A stretch of 64,000 nt of DNA. Source: Candidatus Babeliales bacterium (lineage in GTDB: Bacteria; Babelota; Babeliae; Babelales; JANWKD01). The DNA is taken from the NCBI GenBank assembly GCA_963701665.1, contig OY969622.1, positions 640,001-704,000 of the forward strand, in the 5' to 3' direction. The translations under genes and the position numbers were made by a program. A model generated the notes under the pieces. That model searched no databases and had not been told where the DNA came from. It saw only the letters and a list, made by a program, of their open reading frames with translations. Position 1 is the stretch's first letter. The number at the start of each line of letters is the position of its first letter. Positions 48,093 to 57,712 of the stretch are shown here, piece by piece.

Positions 48093-49208
48093 GTGAGTAA
48101 TAGATATGCATTGCTATTTACTCTCATTTTCGTAACGGGTGTGGTTTGCTTTTTTTACAACTATCATCACCATGATTCTGGTGCAGATACGTATATCGCT
48201 TCAGCTAAGAAAAAGGACTTCATTAACCGAGAAGTGGTATATTCATATTATAAAAAAACTGCACAAGATGATCACAAATACTTAGTAAAAAGCCACTTAG
48301 AACCAGTTTCATTCACGTCTCATTCCCCTTGTTATGATGAACATGGACTTGTTACTATTATGCGCAAAGGCTTTTTGCTCAAAAAACCCCAGGCGCGCGC
48401 TACAGTGTTAGTGTGCCATGGATTTATGTGCGATAAGTTTGATGCGGCATTCCTCCGTATGATTTTCCCCATGTGTTGTAATGTTATGACCTTCGATTTT
48501 CGAGCGCATGGAGAAAATGTTACCCAGCAACAATATTGTACCTTTGGCCGTGATGAGGCGCACGATGTTATAGCCGCGGTTAATTATCTAAAATCTCGTT
48601 CTGATATTGGGCATCTTCCTATTATCGCCTACGGTTTTTCAATGGGCGCTGTTGCATCTATTCAAGCGCAAGCAGCATATCCAAATCTTTTTACGGCCAT
48701 GATTCTTGATTGTCCGTATGATCACAGCAAGAATGTTATCAAACAAGGTTTAGAAAACTTAAAATTTTCTTTTTTTGGCTATCAATTTTCATTGCCAGGC
48801 AAAGAGTTATTAGAAAAATATGCTTTTCACCCCTATGTGCAATCATTATTAAAAGCAGTCCTCAAAACGGTTGCCAATATGGATGCTACTGCGACCAATA
48901 CTTACATTTACCCAGTTAGTCCAATGGATTCAATAAAAAATGTCACGGTGCCATGTTTCTTTATTCATTGCAAATATGATGAAAAAGTATTGGTAAGCGC
49001 TGCGATGAATATCTATGAAGGTGCGCGAGGTTATAAACGACTATGGCTTACTGATGGTCGCCGACATTTTGATTCTTTTTTTTATAATCCAGAGAAATAT
49101 GTATACAAAATAAATCGTTTTATCCAACAAGTTCTTGAAAATGCACTTGAAGGTAAATCGCTTGCAAAAATTAAAGAAGATAAAACAGTTCCCTTACAAC
49201 CGATATAA
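48093..49208 (+). CDS. Alpha/beta hydrolase
   Basis: CHGF, FDFRAHG, GFSMG nucleophile elbow, late H. Confidence 0.88.
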   Translation: MSNRYALLFTLIFVTGVVCFFYNYHHHDSGADTYIASAKKKDFINREVVYSYYKKTAQDDHKYLVKSHLEPVSFTSHSPCYDEHGLVTIMRKGFLLKKPQARATVLVCHGFMCDKFDAAFLRMIFPMCCNVMTFDFRAHGENVTQQQYCTFGRDEAHDVIAAVNYLKSRSDIGHLPIIAYGFSMGAVASIQAQAAYPNLFTAMILDCPYDHSKNVIKQGLENLKFSFFGYQFSLPGKELLEKYAFHPYVQSLLKAVLKTVANMDATATNTYIYPVSPMDSIKNVTVPCFFIHCKYDEKVLVSAAMNIYEGARGYKRLWLTDGRRHFDSFFYNPEKYVYKINRFIQQVLENALEGKSLAKIKEDKTVPLQPI

Positions 49209-49351
49209 AGATTCTGTGCGCATACAAAGATAAGCATTAACATATTTATTGAACTCTGATTTTGTTTTTATATACGCTAAAACTATTATAACGAGAATTT
49301 TATGAACAATGGGAGATTTCTATAAGCAAAATTAGTAATTTAATCCCCCAT

Positions 49352-49447
49352 GTCATCATGAGGAGCGAAGCGACGTAGTGATCCAGTCTTTAAAATGAAA
49401 ATCATAATTAGCCTGGATTCCTACGGCACAAGGTGTCTCAGAATGAC
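49352..49447. repeat. Palindromic repeat, copy 6 (divergent)
   Basis: GTCATCATGAGGAGCGAAGCGACG...CTCAGAATGAC. Confidence 0.75.
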
Positions 49448-49555
49448 AAGCGGCGGATTTATTGTTACTTCAAGCATATTTTTTATAGAATTCACATTAT
49501 TATAAAAATTTCAGCGCTGGAAAAAATGAAGTTACTGTTCTAAGGGAGTAGTTGT

Positions 49556-52500
49556 ATGAAACTGTTTTCAAGATCGTTGAGTGCCATACTATTTATGTCA
49601 TTACTATGGGTAGTACCATATATTTTCATACAACATAGTTACGCAATGGAAGCTGTAATAATAGAAGAAGGCATTAGTAGGTTGGGACTAGGACTTGAAG
49701 AAACTGCAGCAAGGGGGATGGCTGAAGCTGCAGAAGAAGCATTTGGAAGAGTTACTGGTGCCGAGTTAGAATCTGCAGGTGCAGGTATTAGAGGAGCGTT
49801 GGATACAAGTCTTGAAAAAGGACTAGCTAATCTTAAAGAAGAGATTGGGGCACTGAAAGCTGCTGGTAAAGAATTGACGCCGGAAAACTTGAAAAGTGCA
49901 GCGGCTAAAGCATTCGGCGATCAAAAATCCGTTTTTAGCAAAGATGTTGAGGGTATTTTCAAAGAACAAGGTGGATTTAGTCCTGCTGACAAAGCAGCGC
50001 TTAAAAGTGTTTTGCCTGAAAGTGCTTTTAGAGGCGAACCTATTCCTAATGTTTTAGCTCAAGGAAAAGTGCTTTCTGTCGACATAAAAACATTACCAGC
50101 AGTAGATCAGGCTACAAGCAAAAGTCTAGTTGCTTTTGATGAGGTTGAAGCTTCCGGTAAAAACTTGGAAGCTTTAAAAGAAGGTGGCGGAACAGAAGCG
50201 GAAATAAAGGGTGCCGAGGGTGAACTAAAAACTGCAAAAAGTGATTTAGCAACAGATCAACAAGCCAGAGCTACTCAAAGTGATACAGAAGTTAGTGCAG
50301 CCCAAAAAAAAGTTAACGCAGCGCAAGAAAAATTTGATAAAGCTACAACGATAGAAGGAAAAAGGGCGGCAGGTGAAGAATTATCGCAAGCGAAGAATGA
50401 GTTAAATGAAGCGGGCAAAGTAAAAGCTGCCGATAATAATGTAACCTACAAGCAGAAATGGCAAGAAGCAAGAAATGAGCGCATGGATAAACTTAGTGCA
50501 AATAAGCAGGCAGAGAAAGAATTAGGGGATGCTAAAACTGCTCGAAAAGCCCTTGATAACGATCCTAATGCGACGGCTGAACAAAAAGCTGCTGCGGATA
50601 AAACTGTTACTGAAAAGCAAGGTGCGGCTGAAAAAGCCGGAAAAGAATTAAAAGCCGCTGATGAGGCAGTCGTTAAACAAGAAAATGAGTTGATGGAAAA
50701 CTCTAGTATGTGGGGCGATCCCCGTAAAGGGCCCTTAGTTAACCGGGAGCACATAGAAATCACAGGTTCACGTATGGGGCGAAGTTCATGGGATGCATTA
50801 ACGGGTACTCCAAAATGGATTGGTTCAAAATTATGGGGCGGTATTACTGGCGCCATTGATCAAATGCTTATTGCCCTGTGGTTCACCGTGCCAAATATGG
50901 TAATCGAGGCATATAACACGGCTCAGGCAAAGAAAAAATTATTAGAGACGCAAAAAAAATATCAACAATGGGGTGGCATGTGGCTGAAAATTCCTGATTT
51001 CTTTATCAATGAAAATGAGCCTGCGAATTCTCTCCATATTTATGTCGGTGTCCCTAATGACGGCTTTCCAATCACTGAAGAGTTTTTAAAAACTGCAAAT
51101 TATTTTGTCGTGAAATCGGATTATGCGCCATGGGGCAGTTCATCTATCTTTGATAGTGTTTCTGCTATGGTGCATTTAAATACGGGTTATGTTTTTGTCA
51201 GTGATGGGCAACCTGCTGATCCAGATGAACCTACTATGCCTTTTGGAGAAATGGCAAAAGATCAAGCAGGCTTAATTGGACATCTAGATGATTTATCAGG
51301 AAAGGCAGGTACAGGGTTAAAAACTGAAGGTGTTCAATACTATGTTGATAGTTATGAAGCAGGATATAAAGGCAGTCATCTTGTTGCTACATTATTCAAA
51401 TCGAAGGGGGAGCCAGGGTCTGAACAAGAGCTAACACTTGAAATGATGCCACCGATTCTTGTGCCAACCTTTAATGCCTTAAAAGGTGGTACCAATTTTG
51501 GTACTGATAATGCAGGAAAGCCGCTGTATTTAGTCGAAGCTTTTAAAGGGTTCAATAAATCCGATCAAGATAACGGTAAGCAACTTATGGAAGCGCTTAC
51601 CGGAGCGCCACTTGATGATCCTTCTAATGAAGCTGCAGATGATGATAATTATGTTTTGCAAGGTGTGTATATTTATCAGACAAAAGATACACCCATTGTT
51701 GATCTGGTCAAAAAACAAATTTCAGCCAATGATCCGCAAGGGCAAATGCTCCGTGACGCTGTTACTGATTATGTGGTAATGCTTAATAGAGATAATAAGG
51801 TTGTGCCGCTTATGACGCCGCAGCCGATGGTGTTGCCTCCCGGTTCAAAAGATTCTGCTTTTGTACATTATGCGCTTAATCCAAGAGCCGATAAAATGAA
51901 AAGTTTAATTGATGGCGGTAGTAAAGCATATGATGCACATGGTAGCACTGAAGATGCGTCTATTCCAGATAAGCTTTCTGCTCCTGAAAGAATTGCTACT
52001 CAAATTAAAGCAATGCAAACATTCTTTGATACAAAAATTAAATATGGGCCGTTTACCTTTGGTGGTACAACGCTTACTATTGATAAACCTCTCGCTGACG
52101 CAAATGTTTTTGTATATAAAGCTGCTGGATTCTTGGAAGGTGGTTTTGATGATTATTTGATTGCTGTTGAAGCAGTAAAAGATGAAAAAACCGGAAAAAC
52201 AGTATTGGCAGTTACTTCTTTACCATCTAATGGGATTGCATGGTTTGTTAGTTTAGTTACTTCACGGTTCTACGATAAAAATTTACAACCATTTGCGCCA
52301 CCAATTGCACCAGAAAAAGATTATTACATTACGAAAGATAACACAGTTGCTACGGGCAAACCATCTGATGGTTCATTACCACAAGCACAAGCACCACTTT
52401 ATACTTTATTTGTGCAAGGTGAATATAATCCAAGTCCTAAACCAGCAGGCTATATTAATAAAGCTAATAAAAGTTGTAGTACATGTTTACCTATTGGTGC

Positions 52501-55500
52501 ATATTGGGCACTTGATGACACATCGCTTTTCTCATTACAAGGAATTTCGCCAATCAAGGATGCTCTTGCACAGTTAAAACAAGCAAGTTTAGATGGGACT
52601 ATTAGAAAAAATCACGAGAGTTGGACTGCTGTGCTTGATGTAAATGATCCCGGTGCGCTATCTAAAAAAATGGGGCCATTTGATTTTGTTACTGCCGGTG
52701 TTGAGCCAATTCGTTTACGTGCCTATAAACCTTCGGCAATTCAATTAGGCTATTATGTATATACGTCAAGCAGGTATCCTGATGAATTCTTAGTGCTTTC
52801 AAAAAATGCTGATGGCACAGATCGCTTTGAAGAATTTAGTGGCCAACAATATGCTATTAGCTTATCAAATGGCAATGTCTATGATGCGCAAGCAAATGGT
52901 AATGCCATTAAGCCAATTAATAATCCTGTTGTGCTTACGCAAAAACTTGGCTTAACGAATACTGGCGTTGACGCGCAGATAGCAAATGAGCAGAAAATTT
53001 TAGATGCTGCAAAAAAATCAGCAAAAGGTGATAGTAAAAAAATTGCTTCGCTTGATGCACAAATTGCTGCATTACCAAGTGTAAAAAATGCGGTTTACCA
53101 AGTTGTTGCTGATATTGGGCAATCGCAAACTGCGTTCAATAATGCTTTAAAAAATAAATTATATAGTGATGATCTCATATTTGCAGGACGTCAATTATAT
53201 CTGTCGAAAGACTCGTATCTTGCAGGACAATATATTTATGCGGATGTTACCGGCCTTGGTGATCCTCTTGATGGTAAAGGAAATGAAGTACCGAGTGTTG
53301 TTAATCAGATTAAAGATTATTACGTTACTTATGAAAAAGAAATAGACGCAAAAACGGGAGAAACATTCGATACCTTTGCCAATCCGATCAGTAAGAACAC
53401 TTTGCAAATTGTGAGTCTTGTTTCCGGAGCAGCCCTTGATCGAGGCGGTTCGTATGCAACCTCATATCAAGCTATAAAAATAGACAAAGCGAGTTATGAT
53501 GATCTGAATAATTTTGTTAACGCTATTTATGCTATTATTTCAACTCGCATGAGCTCAGAAGGGCGTTCTACAACAATTGTATTACAACCTAAAATTCAAC
53601 CACTTCTTGACGCTGCCTATGAAGCAATTAAAAGAGAATTAAAAGCCATTGCGGATGCTAAAAAAGGTTCACTCGCTGAATATTCCGAAAAAGGAAGTCT
53701 CGCAACAGATCTTTTTGCAGAATCAGCTGCATACGTTGCTCAAAGTCCGGCATTATTACCTCGTTACTTAAAACAACCTGTCCAAGGTGGTAAATATTTC
53801 CTCGTTACACCTGCTGCACCAATTGAATTAGGATCAGAAGAAGCAGCGACATATGATGCACAAAGAACCTTCATTGATTATGATATTAATGATCAAGATC
53901 ACGTAGGGGCTAACGCAAAAGGCATGGTCTATGATCGCAATGGTAAACCACTACAGTTGGTAACCGGCTGGCAATTGTTAGCGATGCGTGCGTATGCAGG
54001 AATTTTAGTTGATGCATCAGGTAAACAAACATTAGGTATTGGTGTTGATCATCCTGCATTGCCCTTAACCGTTACCTTCAAAGATAAGACAACACAAAAA
54101 GATATAACACAGAATGTAATGATTGATACGCAGTTCGATATTCCAAAAGATGGCCCGGCAAGTTTCAAATTCTTCTATAACACACAAATTGATAGTTATC
54201 TCGTGCAAATTACGACACAACAATCTAATTACTTTATAGATTTAGTATCAGGCTATGGCTACAACGTAGATGGTACACCACGCTACAGTGAATCTCCCGT
54301 ATTTACCGATGATAAAGGTGAAGTACTACTAGTTGGTACTGATAGTTATGGCCTTAAAAAAGTTGCCTTTAAAAAACAAGGTGCAACTAAATATCTTATT
54401 TATAATCAAATGGTAAGTTTCGGTGATTTTGGAACCTATTCCACCGTTAATGAGAATGGCCAGACGGTTACCAGAAAATTACAGGCATCGGGAAGTGTGA
54501 CTTTCTCCGAATATGGCGATGCACAAGGATCGTATTTTACTTTACTGAGCGATACTTTTGGAGATCCATTAAGTGCGCCTTCATTGTTAGAAGGTGAAAC
54601 GCCTTCGCTGCAGGAATTGCGTCTTGCGTATGCATTCCTTGATAAATATGGCAATCTTTTACCTGCACCATTCTATGTGGTATGGGAGCAGATACAAAGT
54701 CCGAACCCAAGCTTTAATAAAGATGCAGCAGAAGGGCCAGATAATCCAAAATATCTCATGAAAAATACGCTGGTAGGTAAATTTACTCCTGAGCCGGCAT
54801 TGAAGTTCTCATTATTAAACTATGTGCAAACTCGTCAATCAGCATCATCACTTTCTGGAACCTACCAAGCTGATGATTTATATAATTATCCTCGTGGAGC
54901 ATGTGCCCCTAACGATACATCATGTATCAAAACGCCAAAAGTTGTTGGCTTGATTTATTCTGTTGCAGGTAACAAACAAACTATGAAAGAAATTTTCTAT
55001 CAAAATCAGCGTTGTAAATTGACTGCACCAGGAAAAGATATTTATAAAGCAAGCTACAAAGATGAAAAAGGTTCAACAAAAACTGTTAATATTAAATTTG
55101 AAAGCTCACAATCTAAAGATTCCCCATTAACAGCACATTGGGTGAGCGTAACTGATGATACGAAAAAGATTCTAGATTTTGTACAGGAATCATTAGTGTG
55201 GGATACGCTACCATTAGCTACAGGCATCATTGATATAACAAATCTTAATTATAGAAAACGTAACACATGGAAATTGAACGTTACTAATTTTGTTACGAAT
55301 GCTGGATTGACAAAGGATTTCCCAGGAACTCATCTTAATGCCTTGGCAACAAATTTAAATGCCAATAAATCAGTCCAAGTGGGAGATCTTAAACAATGTA
55401 CTGGCATTGCTGCAAGTATCAAAGATCAAATCAGTCTAGGTCTTGGGTCAATTAAATTAGATGATGCCGGACAGCTTTATTTACCACATGCACCAAGCAA

Positions 55501-55837
55501 ACAAGATAAAGGAGCGCCGGTTATTAAACGCTTTATATACAAATTTGGCACAAATGCCCTTGAAGCATCGCAGCTTTCGTTCTATGATCCTGCTCTTAAA
55601 GATTGGTCGGTCGATCTAAATAACGGTATTCTCTACGAACCAAAATCTACATTTGGGGCGTATCCTATCGGCATGGCACTACAGCCATCTGCGCTTGCTG
55701 AACTTCTTGGCAAATTCTTACAACTTTATGTTGATCGTGATGAACAAGGAAATCCAAAAGGGTTGGGCATTATTCAATGTACGTTGCCTGAGCAAAAGGC
55801 AACTCCCGCACCGATGAAAGCTACTTCAAAGCGTTAG
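49556..55837 (+). CDS. Giant (2093 aa) exported/membrane protein with internal repeats
   Basis: Signal peptide, Ala/Lys/Glu coiled coil, hydrophobic segment near aa 430-450, repeated beta-rich motifs. Confidence 0.85.
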   Translation: MKLFSRSLSAILFMSLLWVVPYIFIQHSYAMEAVIIEEGISRLGLGLEETAARGMAEAAEEAFGRVTGAELESAGAGIRGALDTSLEKGLANLKEEIGALKAAGKELTPENLKSAAAKAFGDQKSVFSKDVEGIFKEQGGFSPADKAALKSVLPESAFRGEPIPNVLAQGKVLSVDIKTLPAVDQATSKSLVAFDEVEASGKNLEALKEGGGTEAEIKGAEGELKTAKSDLATDQQARATQSDTEVSAAQKKVNAAQEKFDKATTIEGKRAAGEELSQAKNELNEAGKVKAADNNVTYKQKWQEARNERMDKLSANKQAEKELGDAKTARKALDNDPNATAEQKAAADKTVTEKQGAAEKAGKELKAADEAVVKQENELMENSSMWGDPRKGPLVNREHIEITGSRMGRSSWDALTGTPKWIGSKLWGGITGAIDQMLIALWFTVPNMVIEAYNTAQAKKKLLETQKKYQQWGGMWLKIPDFFINENEPANSLHIYVGVPNDGFPITEEFLKTANYFVVKSDYAPWGSSSIFDSVSAMVHLNTGYVFVSDGQPADPDEPTMPFGEMAKDQAGLIGHLDDLSGKAGTGLKTEGVQYYVDSYEAGYKGSHLVATLFKSKGEPGSEQELTLEMMPPILVPTFNALKGGTNFGTDNAGKPLYLVEAFKGFNKSDQDNGKQLMEALTGAPLDDPSNEAADDDNYVLQGVYIYQTKDTPIVDLVKKQISANDPQGQMLRDAVTDYVVMLNRDNKVVPLMTPQPMVLPPGSKDSAFVHYALNPRADKMKSLIDGGSKAYDAHGSTEDASIPDKLSAPERIATQIKAMQTFFDTKIKYGPFTFGGTTLTIDKPLADANVFVYKAAGFLEGGFDDYLIAVEAVKDEKTGKTVLAVTSLPSNGIAWFVSLVTSRFYDKNLQPFAPPIAPEKDYYITKDNTVATGKPSDGSLPQAQAPLYTLFVQGEYNPSPKPAGYINKANKSCSTCLPIGAYWALDDTSLFSLQGISPIKDALAQLKQASLDGTIRKNHESWTAVLDVNDPGALSKKMGPFDFVTAGVEPIRLRAYKPSAIQLGYYVYTSSRYPDEFLVLSKNADGTDRFEEFSGQQYAISLSNGNVYDAQANGNAIKPINNPVVLTQKLGLTNTGVDAQIANEQKILDAAKKSAKGDSKKIASLDAQIAALPSVKNAVYQVVADIGQSQTAFNNALKNKLYSDDLIFAGRQLYLSKDSYLAGQYIYADVTGLGDPLDGKGNEVPSVVNQIKDYYVTYEKEIDAKTGETFDTFANPISKNTLQIVSLVSGAALDRGGSYATSYQAIKIDKASYDDLNNFVNAIYAIISTRMSSEGRSTTIVLQPKIQPLLDAAYEAIKRELKAIADAKKGSLAEYSEKGSLATDLFAESAAYVAQSPALLPRYLKQPVQGGKYFLVTPAAPIELGSEEAATYDAQRTFIDYDINDQDHVGANAKGMVYDRNGKPLQLVTGWQLLAMRAYAGILVDASGKQTLGIGVDHPALPLTVTFKDKTTQKDITQNVMIDTQFDIPKDGPASFKFFYNTQIDSYLVQITTQQSNYFIDLVSGYGYNVDGTPRYSESPVFTDDKGEVLLVGTDSYGLKKVAFKKQGATKYLIYNQMVSFGDFGTYSTVNENGQTVTRKLQASGSVTFSEYGDAQGSYFTLLSDTFGDPLSAPSLLEGETPSLQELRLAYAFLDKYGNLLPAPFYVVWEQIQSPNPSFNKDAAEGPDNPKYLMKNTLVGKFTPEPALKFSLLNYVQTRQSASSLSGTYQADDLYNYPRGACAPNDTSCIKTPKVVGLIYSVAGNKQTMKEIFYQNQRCKLTAPGKDIYKASYKDEKGSTKTVNIKFESSQSKDSPLTAHWVSVTDDTKKILDFVQESLVWDTLPLATGIIDITNLNYRKRNTWKLNVTNFVTNAGLTKDFPGTHLNALATNLNANKSVQVGDLKQCTGIAASIKDQISLGLGSIKLDDAGQLYLPHAPSKQDKGAPVIKRFIYKFGTNALEASQLSFYDPALKDWSVDLNNGILYEPKSTFGAYPIGMALQPSALAELLGKFLQLYVDRDEQGNPKGLGIIQCTLPEQKATPAPMKATSKR

Positions 55838-55843
55838 AACAGA

Positions 55844-55876
55844 GTGGGGAACGTGAATTTTATTCATGTTCCCCAC
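55844..55876 (+). terminator. Terminator-like hairpin
   Basis: GTGGGGAAC / GTTCCCCAC just after the giant ORF. Confidence 0.65.
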
Positions 55877-55977
55877 AAATTCTCAGTTTTTTTTGCATGT
55901 GGTTTGCGCTATACTCATAGTATTACATATAATCTGTGTGTAATTAGTTAAGCAGAAATAACATTGAATACATGAAT

Positions 55978-56086
55978 GTCATTGCGAGCCAACATAGTTG
56001 GCGTGGCAACCCAGCTTATAAAATTAGTTCCTTAAAGGATATATTAAAATTCTGGATCCCCACGTCGCTACGCTCCTCGGGAAGAC
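55978..56086. repeat. Palindromic repeat, copy 7
   Basis: GTCATTGCGAGCC...CTCCTCGGGAAGAC; inverted relative of copy 4. Confidence 0.85.
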
Positions 56087-56127
56087 ATTCGGTCGAATAA
56101 TTTCCTGTAAATGAGAAAAGGATATTC

Positions 56128-57636
56128 ATGGTAACCATACAACCTTCTGGTTCATCTTTGCTAACAACAAAGATGCCAGCAACAATTCTTTTTGTGCAAA
56201 AAGATTTTTCTCCCCAAGCATTAGAAAAAATAGCACAGCAGTATTTTCCTGCGTTAACAGCCTACTTAAAGGAAGTAGATTTTTCTGGCGCTGCAAAAGA
56301 TATCATCGCTATTCCATGCGGACAAAAAAACACAATTCACACGCTCATTATTGCGGGATTAGGTTCACCAACTGATCATCATTATGATATTGAAATGTAC
56401 CGCCGCTCATTAGGGCGCGCGATAAAGTTGATGCAAAGTAAACATATTGATAAAGCAGTGGTTGCGCTGCCTGAAGCAAAATTGTTTAAGGTTTCTGATG
56501 AATATCTTGCGCGTGAGACAGCAATCATTGCAAATATGGCAGCATATCGTTTTGATGAATATATTACCGATGAACATCGGCGCGTGAATCAAAACTTAAC
56601 GCTCGACTTAGTTGGTGAAGCTCATGATGCGCGTGCGCTTGAAAAAGGATTTAAAACCGGCATGATTGTTGCGCGTGCGGTGAATCGCGCGCGTCATTGG
56701 GTAGATTTGCCGCCTGTTGCGCTGCCGCCAATGGCGCTCGCTGATAAAGCGAATGCGATCGCTAAAGAGCATGGATTAAAAATTACCATTTTTAATGAAC
56801 CGGAAATTATAAAAATGGGCATGGGCGGTTTGGCAGCGGTGTCAGCCGGTTCAGAACAAGATTGTAAATTAGTGATCATGGAATATAAAGCATCGAAAAA
56901 AGATGCGCCAACAATTGCATTTGTTGGAAAAGGTATCACCTTCGATTCAGGTGGCTTAAGTTTAAAACCGGCTGCTTCCATGGAAACCATGAAAGAAGAT
57001 ATGTCCGGTGCAGCGGCGGTAATTGCAGCGATGGAAGCATTAGCGCAACTTAAACCTGAGGTGAATATCATTGCATTAACGCCGTTATCTGAAAACTTAC
57101 CGAGCGGCAAAGCAACAAAACCGGGTGACATTATTCGTTTTTATAATGGAAAAACTGCAGAAGTGCGCAACACCGATGCTGAAGGGCGTTTGATTTTGGC
57201 TGATGCACTTTCTTATGCGGTGAAACATTATAAACCTGATGCTATGATCGATCTTGCGACTTTAACTGGCGCGTGTGCCTATGCGCTCGGGCCATTTTAT
57301 AGTGGCTTGATGTCGCAACATGAAGATTTTTCAGATGCTGTAAAAAGCGCTGCGGATAGTTCTGGCGATCGCGTGTGGGCATTGCCATTCACTAATGATT
57401 ATAAGGCGGCGATTATTTCTGATGTTGCTGATATTTGCAATATTGGCAGTTCAAAATATAAAGCGGGTGCCATTACGGCAGGATTCTTTTTGCAAAATTT
57501 TGTCGATAAAACTCCATGGGTGCATTTAGATATTGCTGGAACCGCGTTTGATGTTCCTGACATTTCTTATTATTCAAAAGGTGCTACCGGGGTAGGCGTT
57601 CGTTTATTGGTGGATCTAGCGCTAAACTGGAAATAA
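56128..57636 (+). CDS. pepA: Leucyl aminopeptidase (M17)
   Basis: VGKGITFDSGG, MKEDMSGAA, NTDAEGRL and DLATLTGA motifs. Confidence 0.96.
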   Translation: MVTIQPSGSSLLTTKMPATILFVQKDFSPQALEKIAQQYFPALTAYLKEVDFSGAAKDIIAIPCGQKNTIHTLIIAGLGSPTDHHYDIEMYRRSLGRAIKLMQSKHIDKAVVALPEAKLFKVSDEYLARETAIIANMAAYRFDEYITDEHRRVNQNLTLDLVGEAHDARALEKGFKTGMIVARAVNRARHWVDLPPVALPPMALADKANAIAKEHGLKITIFNEPEIIKMGMGGLAAVSAGSEQDCKLVIMEYKASKKDAPTIAFVGKGITFDSGGLSLKPAASMETMKEDMSGAAAVIAAMEALAQLKPEVNIIALTPLSENLPSGKATKPGDIIRFYNGKTAEVRNTDAEGRLILADALSYAVKHYKPDAMIDLATLTGACAYALGPFYSGLMSQHEDFSDAVKSAADSSGDRVWALPFTNDYKAAIISDVADICNIGSSKYKAGAITAGFFLQNFVDKTPWVHLDIAGTAFDVPDISYYSKGATGVGVRLLVDLALNWK

Positions 57637-57656
57637 ATACTAATAATTTGATTCAA

Positions 57657-57700
57657 AAAAAGAGGGGACATTCAACATACATAGGATGTCCCCTCTTTTT
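57657..57700. terminator. Bidirectional terminator
   Basis: AAAGAGGGGACAT / ATGTCCCCTCTTT between convergent genes. Confidence 0.75.
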
Positions 57701-57712
57701 ATTGTTACAATC

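Noticed and set aside
1855..56086. Palindromic repeats as a CRISPR array or simple terminators
   Set aside because: Copies are dispersed kilobases apart, 100-250 bp long, with no regular spacers.
41174..56592. Antisense or off-frame ORFs such as 41174-41623, 43973-44464, 44900-45256 and 50446-50856
   Set aside because: Shadows of longer, better-supported genes.
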